From: Paraspadella gotoi
Taxonomy: Eukaryota; Animalia; Chaetognatha
DNA: 64,000 bases
Direction: 5' to 3'
Assembly: GCA_051294375.1 (NCBI GenBank)
Contig: CM119266.1
Coordinates: 24,940,659 to 25,004,658, forward strand
This document shows positions 13,623 through 41,673 of the stretch, one piece after another. How positions within the stretch are numbered: position 1 is the stretch's first letter; each line of letters begins with the position of its first letter. The notes under the pieces were generated by a model, which was not told the origin of the DNA, did no database searches, and saw only the letters and a list, made by a program, of their open reading frames with translations. The position numbers and the translations under genes are program-made.

Positions 13623-16305
13623 TTCTCTCTCTCTCTCTCCTACCACCGGTCGTTAAACTCCTTTCCAAAATGAAAAAATCCAACCGCCCATCTTTCAGTA
13701 AGTACAAGTTACAAAAATTTAGTTATCTGGGCGAAGAAGTAAAAAACAGCGGTTTTGATCCGATCTCTGTCTCGTTTAAGATCATCGGCCCCTCGTTAAG
13801 AGTGGAATGAACTTTTCTTTACAACTGTAACAAGCGACCGCTTCAAAAATCAATCCTTTTTGAAACCGATAATTTCTGATCATAAACCTAAGGTCCGGGG
13901 TTCAAACCCAGTAGCCGCCTAGCGGGTTCCCCTCCTTAATTTAGCATGGCGTTACAACCTCGACCACAGCTTTTCTTTTTTCAACAGCTTAATCATAATT
14001 AACTGTGAGAGAGTCTTGATAAAAAGCTGGCAGGTTCCTGCTATGTTATTATCTTGCAATAGCCGGACCAAAGTCAGGGGAAAATAGCTTATTAAACGAA
14101 AGGATAATGTTTAAATTGGTTGTACCCTTTTCATATATTAATTCTGTCCTGAGCATCAGTATCTCGTTAAATTTATAGCCAAATGTACAAGCAAAGCGGC
14201 GGTTACCTCCATCGCCCCGCTAGACATCTCTTTCAACTCGAACTCGGGTCGACCCCGCGGATTTCGGGGGAAGAAGAACATGGGAATGGCGGTGATGACG
14301 AGAAGGGGAGAAAAGAGGAGGACGCCGATCCACCAGGCGCCCACGAACTGGGGGTCTTCAGGGGAAAGGTCGGAGTCCTTAAGGTCCACGGGAACCTGGT
14401 GGAAGGAGGAGAAAAAAGTGGAGATTTGCGAGGAGGAAAATAAGAAAATAATCTTGAACACTTGCCGGGTCTTGCTAGGGATAGAGGGCTGGAGGACCTG
14501 AACCTAAACAGTAGACTGTCCAAAGACAAGTTATCTCGTTTAATGTTTATTGAACGATGAAGTGATTTTTTCAAAGAAAAAAAAAAGAAAAATTTAAGAC
14601 CTTGAAGAGGAGACAAATAGGGGACCTTTCCAACGATCCAATCACCTTCCCCCGACCCAGCCCTACCTGCGAAAGGTAAGCTCCCAGCCCCATCCCGAAA
14701 ACGGGCCCGATCTCCGACGCGGCTTTAACGACGCTGATGTAGGTGGCGCTCTGACCGTGGCTGACATTGTCGTCGATGTAGGGTGAGTAAAGGATTACGA
14801 CGAACGGCGCCAACGCCATCGAGCAGACCTTACCCATGGCCAGTAGGAAGTACTCAGGGGTGAGGCGGCGAGTCGAGGAGCCTGGTAGGGGAAGTCGACG
14901 GGAAAGGTAAGTTTTATCATTCGATCGATTAGTTTTCTTAAGTGAAAAATGAAAATAAGGACTTTTTTTCGATTTAAATAATAGCGATTGAAAAAACACC
15001 TCGTCTTTGTTACACTACATTCCCGAATTAATCGATCTCTTAATAACTATTTATAAACTTATTAATGTGATTTAATTAAATGCTAACACTATAAACGTTC
15101 ATTTTTCTCTCTCATTTTTGCTTATAAGACTGTTTCGTAGTCACAATACAAATTCTTCCCCCAAACGAGAAATCATTCTCCCACCTTCGTTCTCCAAATC
15201 TTCAAAATCCTCGTCGAGGTCGCACTTGTTCTTCCGCAGGAGAATCTGTTCGTCGATCGAGAGGCAGATTGGGCGTCGTTGGTCGTAGGTGGACAGGAAG
15301 TCGTTGGACACGTTGGAGGCGGCGGAGAGGGCGTTGGAGGATAATCCGCGGCCTTTGCCGTAGAAGTAGGGGATCGACTGGGAGGATTAAGGGAAGTGAA
15401 ACCACTCTCCGAACTTAGTTCAAAACAGGAAGGGAGGGTGAGTTAAGTCATTAATGGGTAATGTAGCGATTTTTAAATTTAGCTTTTTCCGTAAAATGTG
15501 CTCTTTTATGATATTTGTTGAATTTGTTGGGTTAATTTAAAGACTATTTAATGCAAATCGTTTGCCCGGACGCCCCTTTTCTAAGAATTGCTACTTTGTT
15601 TATACTTTCGATTCTCGGTGTACCGTTAGACCTACCTGCCACCTAGTAGGAATAAAAGACCCGGCTTTAGTTTGTACAAGTCGTTTGTCTTCTTTTTTTT
15701 TGTATAACTTTTCTGTGCTATAAAGATTATTGCCAATATTTTCAACTCAACGAACCTGAATGAAAAACGCTATTCCGATTCCGAGAGAAGCAAAGCCGAT
15801 GGTTCGAGGGACGTGAACTTTTTTGGCGAAGATCATCACCAGAACCATCACGGTCGAGTAAGTCGTCGCGCCTTCACGCACAGATGGAAGTAAAAGTTAT
15901 GTGAACCTCGAACAAATAGGCTGGTCATGACTGGAAAAACCAACCAAAATATTATTAGAACGTTCTATTGCCTGTTACCGACATGCCCCTGTCAAACCCT
16001 AAAAAAAGAGGGTTTCTTCAAGATATACCTAATATCTATTCGTACGGACGGACAGACAATTAGATTGAACCGTCTAGCGACTCACCGATTGACTTGAGTC
16101 CAGCCAACTGAGTGGCCGAGAGACCGAACGCTCTCTCCAACGTCGTCAACATCGAGAAAAGGTAAGACCCGGATCCCCACTTGACGAAGAACATCACCGT
16201 CAAAATGGAGCAGAAGACCCGGATGTTGGCCCAAGCCTTCGTCGTCGTCGTCGTCGTCGTTGACGGCGTCACCTTTGTAGTCGGCGGATCCGAAATCGTC
16301 GTCAT
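9116..16305 (-). CDS. SLCO: Organic anion transporting polypeptide (SLCO/OATP), paralogue 1, ~13 exons
   Basis: Spliced translation: SMLTTLERAFGLS (OATP ERRF region), YIDDNV, DPQFVGAWWIG signature, FLPKTMEVQY, Kazal-like CNAGCGC..FYPVCGED..YFSPCHAGC, YGALIDTSCRIWKESCGTKQNCYYYD. ATG at 16305, TAA at 9116. Confidence 0.92.
11485..12154 (+). CDS. Pentraxin-domain module (exons 11485-11669, 11765-12154), antisense inside an SLCO intron, lacking its own evident start exon
   Basis: Translation CFNFPEASATAYVKL...MTAFTV...VLSYA...LYVNG...GGVWVVGQEQDSLEGTFDDNQRFVGTICDLQMWDSALS...GNVFDW shows the pentraxin GQEQD/F.G.I....W/GNV..W motifs. AATAAA at 12326. Confidence 0.88.
13870..14130 (+). mobile_element. 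SINE-like dispersed repeat
   Basis: B-box-like GGTTCAAACCC at ~13899. Its 3' part (CTGCTATGTTATTATCTTG...CCAAAGTCAGGGG...GGATAAT...ATTGGTTGTACC) recurs at ~19435-19553, 40145-40530 (reverse), 59338-59375 and 63068-63135. Confidence 0.55.
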
Positions 16306-17807
16306 GTTCTCTAAGATATTTTGTTATATTCTTTTTTTGTTTGTGCTGTTAAAGCCTTCAATATCGGTTAGAGCCAATCAGTTTCTTTTGTAATTAAAAG
16401 AAATTTGAAGAGTTTTCATAGTGTTTCGTTGGATTGTAAAATCGAGTAATTATTTATATAACGTTAGCTGATTTATATATTTTTTTCGGTTGTAAAAGTA
16501 AACAGATGTAAGGTTAAACAAAAAAAGTCGAGTAAGTTCCTTTTTTTCGGGTAAGGTTAGGACGATCGAGAATTTGATCAGATTCGCAAAAAAAAAGGCT
16601 AAAAAAATAATAAAGAAAAAAGAATTAAGAGAAAAAAAAAAGAAAACATTTCCATTTCAAGCGAAAGAAACAAATTACTGACTAAGGGCAAGCTAATTTA
16701 CATCTTGCACGGTTTGTGATGAGTACAGTTTTTTATATTATGTTAATTAACCTAAACTCCGAATGTTTAACAGCAAAAAAATGTATAGAAACTTTTTAGG
16801 AATTTATATGGATATTATGGATAAAGAGGCATTTACAATGTAATTTGAATTTTAAACTTCGTTATATCATCATTATTCATCATTTTATCATAGCTGTGAC
16901 CGGAATATTTAGAGATATAATATAACAAAGTCCAAGACTTGTATAATTTATATTTTCATTTGCTTTTACGATTAAATGAAATAAAATGTTAAGGTTTCTG
17001 AGAGAAACAAAAAACAATTTTTTGAAAGGAAGCAACCGGATCACAAATTGGAAATTCAGATCACCGACGCAAAAACCTCCGCCAGAACCAAGGAATCACT
17101 GAGTAGTTGTTTTGCAACTTTCACAGATGCACCTGCGAAAACTTGTTAATTACTAATCCCTTTTGCGAATAGTCCATTACCTTTTTTGAAGAAAAAATTC
17201 TGAATACTGTCTTTAAATTTTTTTATTTCTCACTTATCCCAAAATATAATATAATATTTAATATCCGCATGGACATAGGACCCTTTCATTTTATTTTTCC
17301 GTCAAATAAATTTATGAGTATAATAATTTAACTAACTTAAAGGATATTGTTTCCTAGCTATTGACTCTCGTATTACAAAAAATATATATATTTTTTTCAT
17401 TTTTAATGGATCAAATGAGCTTGCACGAAAAATACTATTCGAAACAAAACTCTAACACTCTAACAGTCAAAATTTACCAGTTTTATCTGAGCTCTCGCTT
17501 AAAGCGATGGCCAACGCAGCTATTCGTTTTAAAAATACTTATCAATGATAAGTTATCATACTATGTACAAAACAAAACATCTCGAATTATTAGTACTATT
17601 CCCAAACTAATTAAACAAACAAGGTGCACGAATAATTGCTAAAAAAAAAGAAAAAACAAATATAAATATTTGAGCGATTATAATATACGCACGTTTCACA
17701 GTTCAAGAGTTTTAGGAATTGTTGACAGATGGCGTCGAGAATATATATAAAAATAAGAGTAATGACAAAAGACAGAAAAAAACAAAAGACAAACATCAAA
17801 GCTTTCA

Positions 17808-34083
<16,276 letters not shown>

Positions 34084-35676
34084 CGTCGTTTTTTTTAAAG
34101 TTTATTTTTTTGTTTCTTTACAATTTGTTTTTTTTTTGTGTGTGTGTATTTTTGTCGTTTTGGTTTCTTACGTTCGTCCGTTTAGTTTGTTTGTTTTTTT
34201 CGTTGCCAAGTCGAAAACGAATTTACTTTTTAATTAATCTCTCTCTCTAGAAATCGAAGCAGAGATTGTTAACTAATTAGAAAACTTGGACTCCTGTTAA
34301 TCCCATCGAATGAAACTGGTTGTAATGGAATAACGAGTTTTACGGTTTAACCTTCTTATTCTTCATCAATCAAAGTTTCGGCAAAAGTTTTAGCGGGGAG
34401 CAAAAATAATCCGTTTGAATTGGTTATCAATAGTTCAATTCACTTTAATGTTGAAATTTACTACTAATAATAAAGCATTCAGTTACCTAAGATTACCAGG
34501 AATGGAACAATGATATCTTTTAGATTACACTCAGGTTTTCTTGATCAGAGCAAAACAAAACGCAGCGTCATTCCTTTCTTTTTTCCTCCCATAAATCAAA
34601 GTTCCAACTCGAGACGCGTTTGAAAGATCTTGACCAATTTATCGGTTAAAGTTACGCCCACTCTGCTTCGGGAAAATTACAAATCCCCCAAATTTTTTTT
34701 AGGAGCGACGACTCTTAATGTCAGTGATTACTTTTTAATGTCAGACTCTTAATGTCAGTAATTACTTTTTAATTGCGTTCATCTGTAGACGATAATAATT
34801 TTTTTTCTTGAGGAGGGAGAAAAAAGATATATAAATCTTACGGTCTCTCCTTAAGAAATTGGAAAGTCGCGGACCTTGATACGTAAAACGAGATAAAGCG
34901 TTCATTATCTTCGCGACCGATTTTCACGTGAAAAAAAAAAATTGGTGTTACTCTTCAGGGCAACGAAAAAAGTAAACAAAACAAGGTTACGAATTTTGCC
35001 AGAGCTCAAAAGTTTTGTTACGAGAACAAATGAAACCGGCTTTCTTCAATAGTAATAATTACAATTTTAACGGAGAAATGAGCATTGCTTTTCCAGTTTT
35101 TATTATTTTAACTTTTTCATTTACGATTTCTGGTTCTGAATTAGCAAGATGCGTACGGGGAGGCTGTCAAACCGGTGTTACAGATGAAAATGATTTCCTC
35201 CTTAATTTTTTGTATCTATTCTTCTTTTTTCTAAATAAGTTTTATTTTTTTAGTTTCAAGTTTAAAACTTAGGGCGACAACATAAAGTGAGTGGTTACAG
35301 GTTAGCCTCTTTTTTTACCTAGCTTTATTGACCAAAGCACATGAATATATTTTCTGATTTTACAATGATTAACCGAAATAAAACTACGTAATGATTTTCT
35401 TTTTGAATGTTATTCATTCATAATTTTTTTAATTACAATTGCTCTTCAAAACCGAATATTTACGAGACAAAGGCCATTCGAATTAATGCCATAAATTATG
35501 GCTCGGCCAACAATGAGGGACGCTAAAACATTGAATTAATGTTCATTGACTTCTGTTTTAATGTTGTAATTTTCGGGTGCTGCCTCTGCTCTGCAGTGTC
35601 CACTGTCCATCTTCTCCGTCAAATTAACAGAGTAGTTTCCGGCGTGACTTTTTCAACTTTTCCAACAGGTGGCGCC

Positions 35677-37532
35677 TCAAATCCTCGCGGGTTCTTCAGG
35701 CTCCTTCGCCTTCAATTCTTTCGAGAGATCCACGTAGAAACTCAAGGAGCGACGAAACGACTCCTCTCGGTCGTAGAGGGGGACGTAGCCGAGATTGCTG
35801 GAGCGAAGGGAGAAGAAGATGAGTGGAGCGAAGAGATAGAACGTGATTAAGAATGAAAAAGTTGGCGAACAGAAAGAGGAAGAGAGAGAGAGAGGAGAGA
35901 GAAGAGAGAGAGAGAGAGAGAGTGAGTATGAGAGAGAGAGACATTAGATGAAAAGGACGAGAGAGATGCATGAGAGAGAGTAGAGGAGCGATCGATGAGA
36001 GATGCAGACTGAGAAGAGAGAGAGAGAGAGACCTCACCGTCTAGCGAGTGCCGAATTAAAGAAGTGAATGTGATCGAGAAACTTGAGTCCGTGAACGGAT
36101 TCCGTCATCTCAATCTCTTTCCAGGGACGAACCATCTTCGCCACCGTCTCTTGCAATCCAACGAGGCTGATGGTCGAGGGAAAAGGGGAATTTCTTTCTT
36201 TAATTCATTCATTCTTCTTTCTTTTCATTTATGCCTCATTTTGGTTTTTTTAAAGTGATTCATTTCTTTCCTGAACGACCACCCGTACAACGACGACGAC
36301 AACCTGCAGACGGCGTTGAAGGGAAGTTCGTAACTGGCGAATTCGTAACCGCAAGGTTCGAGGAACGAGGCGAGGAAGTTGAACATTGGCTGGAGTTTCG
36401 TATCGTCGGTGACGAAGTAGGCCTGACCGCCCACCGCTGAACAAGAATTAAGATTAAGATAATTAATAATAATTGTTGAATAAATATTTCGAAAAAAAAA
36501 TTATGTTTTTTTGTGTGTGTGTGTGTGTTTGGGTTTGTGTTTATGTGTGTGTTTTTGTTTTATTTTTTGAGCGCCTTGACTTAATAACAACTTTTTGTGT
36601 GGTTAATGACATATGCCCAAGATAATGTGTTGACTGGCCAAACAAACGACAACTTATGCATAACGACAACGACAACGACGTCATCTAAACATAATAAGAA
36701 TATTAGAACGACTTAATTCGCCTAAAGCCCTCCCCCCCGCCCGATGACCTCCCCTCCCCCACGTTGGTTAACCTTCCGGCCGCGCGCGCAGCGACTTCAA
36801 AGCGCAAACGTGAGCCCAAGCGGCGTTTCCGGCGTAAGTGGCTTGAAGGAGATCGCTTCGCAGTTTAATACGGGGGAGTCGAGCTGGAGAAAAGGGGATG
36901 TAATACGGATGTGAAAGATTTGAAGGGATGTAATTCGATCACATATAAACTGTTCCCGGACTGAACTTTTCGTGCCGGCGGCTCTCTTCAAGGAGGTGGT
37001 GACCACGTGGTTGTCCAAGTCCCCGTAGATCATCGTGAGTCGGAGGACGAGCGACGAGAGGGTCGATCCTGGGGGCGCGGACGAAGGAGTTGAAGGATTT
37101 AGAGGGACATCATCGAACGAGAACGCAAACTGTTCATACAAAAAAAGACAACAATTATGAAAATTGTAGAAGCTAGAGACTACTAATGAATGCACACATG
37201 AAACTAAATATTAAAAAAATCAAGGCATATTTATCGAAAATCGTAAAGAGGTAGCAGGGTCCACCATATTTAAAAGAAACAATGAAATAAACCGGAGAAG
37301 TTACGAAAATTAATAAACTGAAACTAAAAAAGTTTAAAAATGTATATTTCAACGAAAAAATGATATCAAGACCGTTGGCGACCGTAGCCCCGTGATTTTC
37401 CAAAACGCAGCGCTCGGCGAGATACTTGGTCTCTGGGTATCCTGTGAGCAAGAACTTGCCGTCCGGAGGCGGAACTGTGACTTCGGATTCCGTCCCGTCG
37501 TAGATCGCCGGCAACCCTTTTCAAAAGAGATG

Positions 37533-37605
<73 letters not shown>

Positions 37606-38423
37606 CTACTTGTTACCCAACTAGCCCACCCTTCCCTTCCTTCGAACCGATGGCAACTTCCAAGGACCCAGTGTAGACGAGTTTGGGGACTCCGTACTTC
37701 TTGCAGGCGTCAACGATGTTCTTGGTTCCGCCAACGTTCGTTTCCCTCATCCCCCGGATGTCCGCGAAGGCGCCAACGGAGATGAGCGACCCTTTTGTTT
37801 TTAGGGGATGAAAGATTTGATCGTTTTATGAGTTGCTCTAGATGTTCATAACATTTTCTTTCTCTAAAAGAATTTTGCTTTTTTTTTTTTGTTGTCTCGA
37901 TGGCGATTACCTGCGTGAATGACGGTGTCGACTCCGTTCACAACTTTTTCCACGTCTTTCACGTTTCTCAAATTTCCGACGTGAATCTGCGCAAAAGAAA
38001 GAACCGATTGGTGAATACGCTTGACGAGAGTGAACTTTGAAAAATTATGATTCATCCTTCGACGCAGTCGGTTTTACTTTCTTAATATTTAATAAAAGTA
38101 AGTTTTTTATCTTTGAAGTTAGTCTCTTGAAAAATTTAGTAAATTGTGAACTATTCTATCACGCAACCCTAACCTCAACTGGAACGACGTTCGGATATTC
38201 GAGACTCTTGTCGTAAGGATTGCAGTCAAAGACTCTGATTGACTTCAAATTCTCTGCGTCGTGTTGCTGCAGCAGGCTGATGATGTGCTGCCCCACGCAG
38301 CCGTTAGCCCCTGTATTGTATTATTTGAAAAGAAAAAAAGACGATTTATTCTCAAGAAGATATTTGATGACATAAATTGCATTCTTAATCTACTTATGTA
38401 AAAGTTTTGTCTCTCTCTCTCTT

Positions 38424-38480
<57 letters not shown>

Positions 38481-38664
38481 TGACCAACACTGTCTCGGCA
38501 ACCTTCTCCTTCGCGCTTCTTTCGTTAACCAAAAGCGACGCCAAATTTGGCACCGACGTCACCGGTGTCAAAGTCGTCGAGTTCCATCGCGCCGGCGTCG
38601 ACGCCGAGAACGCCGGATTCCACGCTCGGCGCCACGTCCTTCCGATCGACGCGCCACGGAACAT
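35677..38664 (-). CDS. HSD3B: 3beta-hydroxysteroid dehydrogenase/isomerase family (extended SDR), ~10 exons
   Basis: VLVTGANGCVGQHI (TGxxGxxG), DTVIHAG, NVGGTKNIVDAC, catalytic YPETK, IYG, YAGNAAWAH, GQAYFVTDDT, LGYVPLY. All are characteristic of the 3beta-HSD family. Confidence 0.92.
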
Positions 38665-39309
38665 GTTTCACCGGCGAAAATAGGGGCATGAGTGGAGGAC
38701 TGGTAGAGCTGATGATTCAAGTTTGGATGCGTTGCCTTTATTATCGAAGGATAAAAAAATAATTCCCGGTAAGATTCCTGCGATTGATTAAAAAAAAATA
38801 AAAACAAAAAATGGAAAGTTTATTAAAACAATTACTAAACAAAGCAAAAACCTAAAGAGCTCTACGCCATAAATTTAAAGTATTAAAATATTGGCTGAAT
38901 CTGGCGAGAAAAAAAAATCCGTTTTAAATAAAACCAAATTACTGTTTTATAAACTTCGGTGTTGACAAATCTCTGTCGAAACTTTCGGCAGTTGTGAAAA
39001 GGAAGCGCGCAGAATTTTTACGGAGCGTGGGTATTTTCGTTTCCATTTTTTATTGTATTTTTGTTATTTTGTTAATTCTTTCATAAGGTTGTTAAAAACA
39101 ATCAGAAAATCTTGATAAATATCCGAAAAAAACAACTGCATATTTTCTTCAGGTGGACAAATTGTGATAAAACGACGACTAAGACCATGACGACGACGAC
39201 AGCGAAGGCGACGGTGATAGAATCACGACGACGACGACGACGACGACGACGAAGACTTCGATATTACGGAACGATCTCGGTCACACGCGCTCGTCAAGCG
39301 ATTTCGCGA

Positions 39310-39406
<97 letters not shown>

Positions 39407-39569
39407 AGTCGCACTTTCTTTCTCCTTTCATTATTTCCTTCTTCCTTTACTCGCAAGCCATACACTTTTCTTAATCTGTTAAGATTAGTTTTTTTTAATA
39501 ATTTTTTTGTCTCGAAAATTTTCGTCTTCGTTTCCACTCTTCGCTCCAGTTTTTTTTCTCAGTCCGTAG
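38665..39569. promoter_or_regulatory. Probable bidirectional promoter region between HSD3B-like and CYP
   Basis: About 0.9 kb between divergent ATGs, with a CpG-rich patch (39170-39310) and a (CT)n tract. Inferred from gene geometry only. Confidence 0.4.
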
Positions 39570-40835
39570 ATGGCGCTGACTTTAACGAGAAGAGCTTCGT
39601 TTTGCGCCTTCAGAGTGGCGCTGCCGTCGCGAATCGGCGCCGTCGACGAAATTCGAAGCCGACAACAGAGCGGCGAAGCGACGGCCACGGAAGATAAAGG
39701 CGCGCCGGGTGGCGAGATGAAGAGGCTCTCCGATTTAGGATTTCTGCCGATGAATATGATGCCGGGACCGCAGACCGTGTCGCAGACAATGCCTTGGCAC
39801 GTCCGTTAAAAAGCGTTCTTTAGATTTATCTATCAATGTATCTATCTATCTATCTTTCTATCTATTTATCTATCTATCTTTCTTTCTGTCTATCTATCTA
39901 TCAGGTATTTAGAAAACAACCGCCTCCGTTTCGATCTTCGTCACGTGATCCACCAAAAGATGGCGGAGGAATACGGTCCCGTTTTTCAGGAGAAACTTCC
40001 CAATATGAGAATCGTCGTCGTGACTGACCCTGAGGAGTACGGTGAGTTCGGGGGTAAGGTCTGCACTCGCCTTAAAAAGTAAAGCAAAGCTTACCTAGGA
40101 AAGACGGGTAGAGGTGACCTATTTGCTTAAAATATTTATGAAATTAGTACAACCTATATATAAAGTTATCCTTATGGCAACGGGAGGATAGCCTGTGATA
40201 AACCGGGAGGCGCGGGTATTCACCAACTGGCGTAGGGGCTGCGGACCCTCAGTGACCGCCTCCTGTCACTGGCATGTTTATACCGGCACCGTCACATTTA
40301 AGCCAGAACCGGGATACCCAGGGATTGAACCCGGGACGCACGGATGGAATGAGATGATTTAGCCTGCTCAGGCCATTGAGATGAGGCTGAGGACGGACAG
40401 CAGTGAGGCAGCTTTAAGTCTTGCTGCCACATCCTTTCATTTAATAAATAAGCTGTCTTGCTCCTGACTTTGGACAGTCTTGGGGGGGGGTTTAAGCCAT
40501 TCATTACTCTTACTAGATAATGACATAGCAAGTCCCCGTAAGCTTTTAATCAAGACTCTCTTGCATTCTCGTTTAATCTTTTTCTTTAAACCATAATAAC
40601 AGCGAAAATAACCCGAGTAGATGGGAAGATGCCCCAACGTATGGAGCTCGGCCCCATGGCCCATCACCGCTATCACAAAGGCTGGGGAGCGGGACTAGTT
40701 AATTCGAACGGGGAGGAATGGTAAGGATGGAAAGGAAAAAAGAAAGAAAGAAAGAAAGCGGGCGAAACAAAAAAGAAACAAGCTGTCTCTCTAGTCTCTA
40801 TCTCTCCATCACTTCTGCTCTGCCTCCCTCTCTCA

Positions 40836-40866
<31 letters not shown>

Positions 40867-41629
40867 AGGTTCGAAGTCCGCCAAGCGGTGGCGCCGCTCA
40901 TCCTCAAACCCAAAGAGGTCTCCAACTACATCCCAGGAATGGACGCCGTCGCCGTCGACTTTGTCCAGCACATGCAGCGTCGTTGGAACGAGCGGACCGG
41001 CGTCGTCCAAGGATTTCAGAACGACTTGTTTCTGTGGGCGATGGAGAGCGTCTCGCTCTTCCTCATCGAGAAGAGATTCGGTTTAAACTTTTGACTTTTT
41101 TAACTTTAAACTAAAGGATATAAAAAAGTAAAGAACCGGGAGAAAGTAGGACAGAAGTGTCATGGGGACAAGCCATTTATATAACTTATAGATGGTATAT
41201 AAACATAATCAACAAAGCTGAGGAAACCAAAATAAAATTAAAAAACATTTAAATACTAAACAAATTCTTTCCATGTTCCGCGCTGTCATGGCGTATAAGA
41301 CTCGTTCTTTACCAACTTGGACAAACTCGTAGATAAATGATCCACAGTCCGGCTGCAAAAGAGAGTTCCCCGAAAAGCGGCTTTCTCTTCTATCGATATC
41401 TATGTACGTAGTACGAGATTAGAAATAGAATAACCTTTTTTTTTTTTATTTTTAAGGAAGCCTCTCCGATCCTCCGCCGCCCGAGGCGAGAAAATTCATC
41501 CAAAACGTGATTGGGTTTTTCTCGGAAATGCAGTTTCTACTGTACAACGTTCCGCTGTACCGATTCATGAACACGATTCGATACAAAAAGTTCGCCAGTC
41601 ACGCGGACGTCATGTTGGATACGATGAGA

Positions 41630-41673
<44 letters not shown>

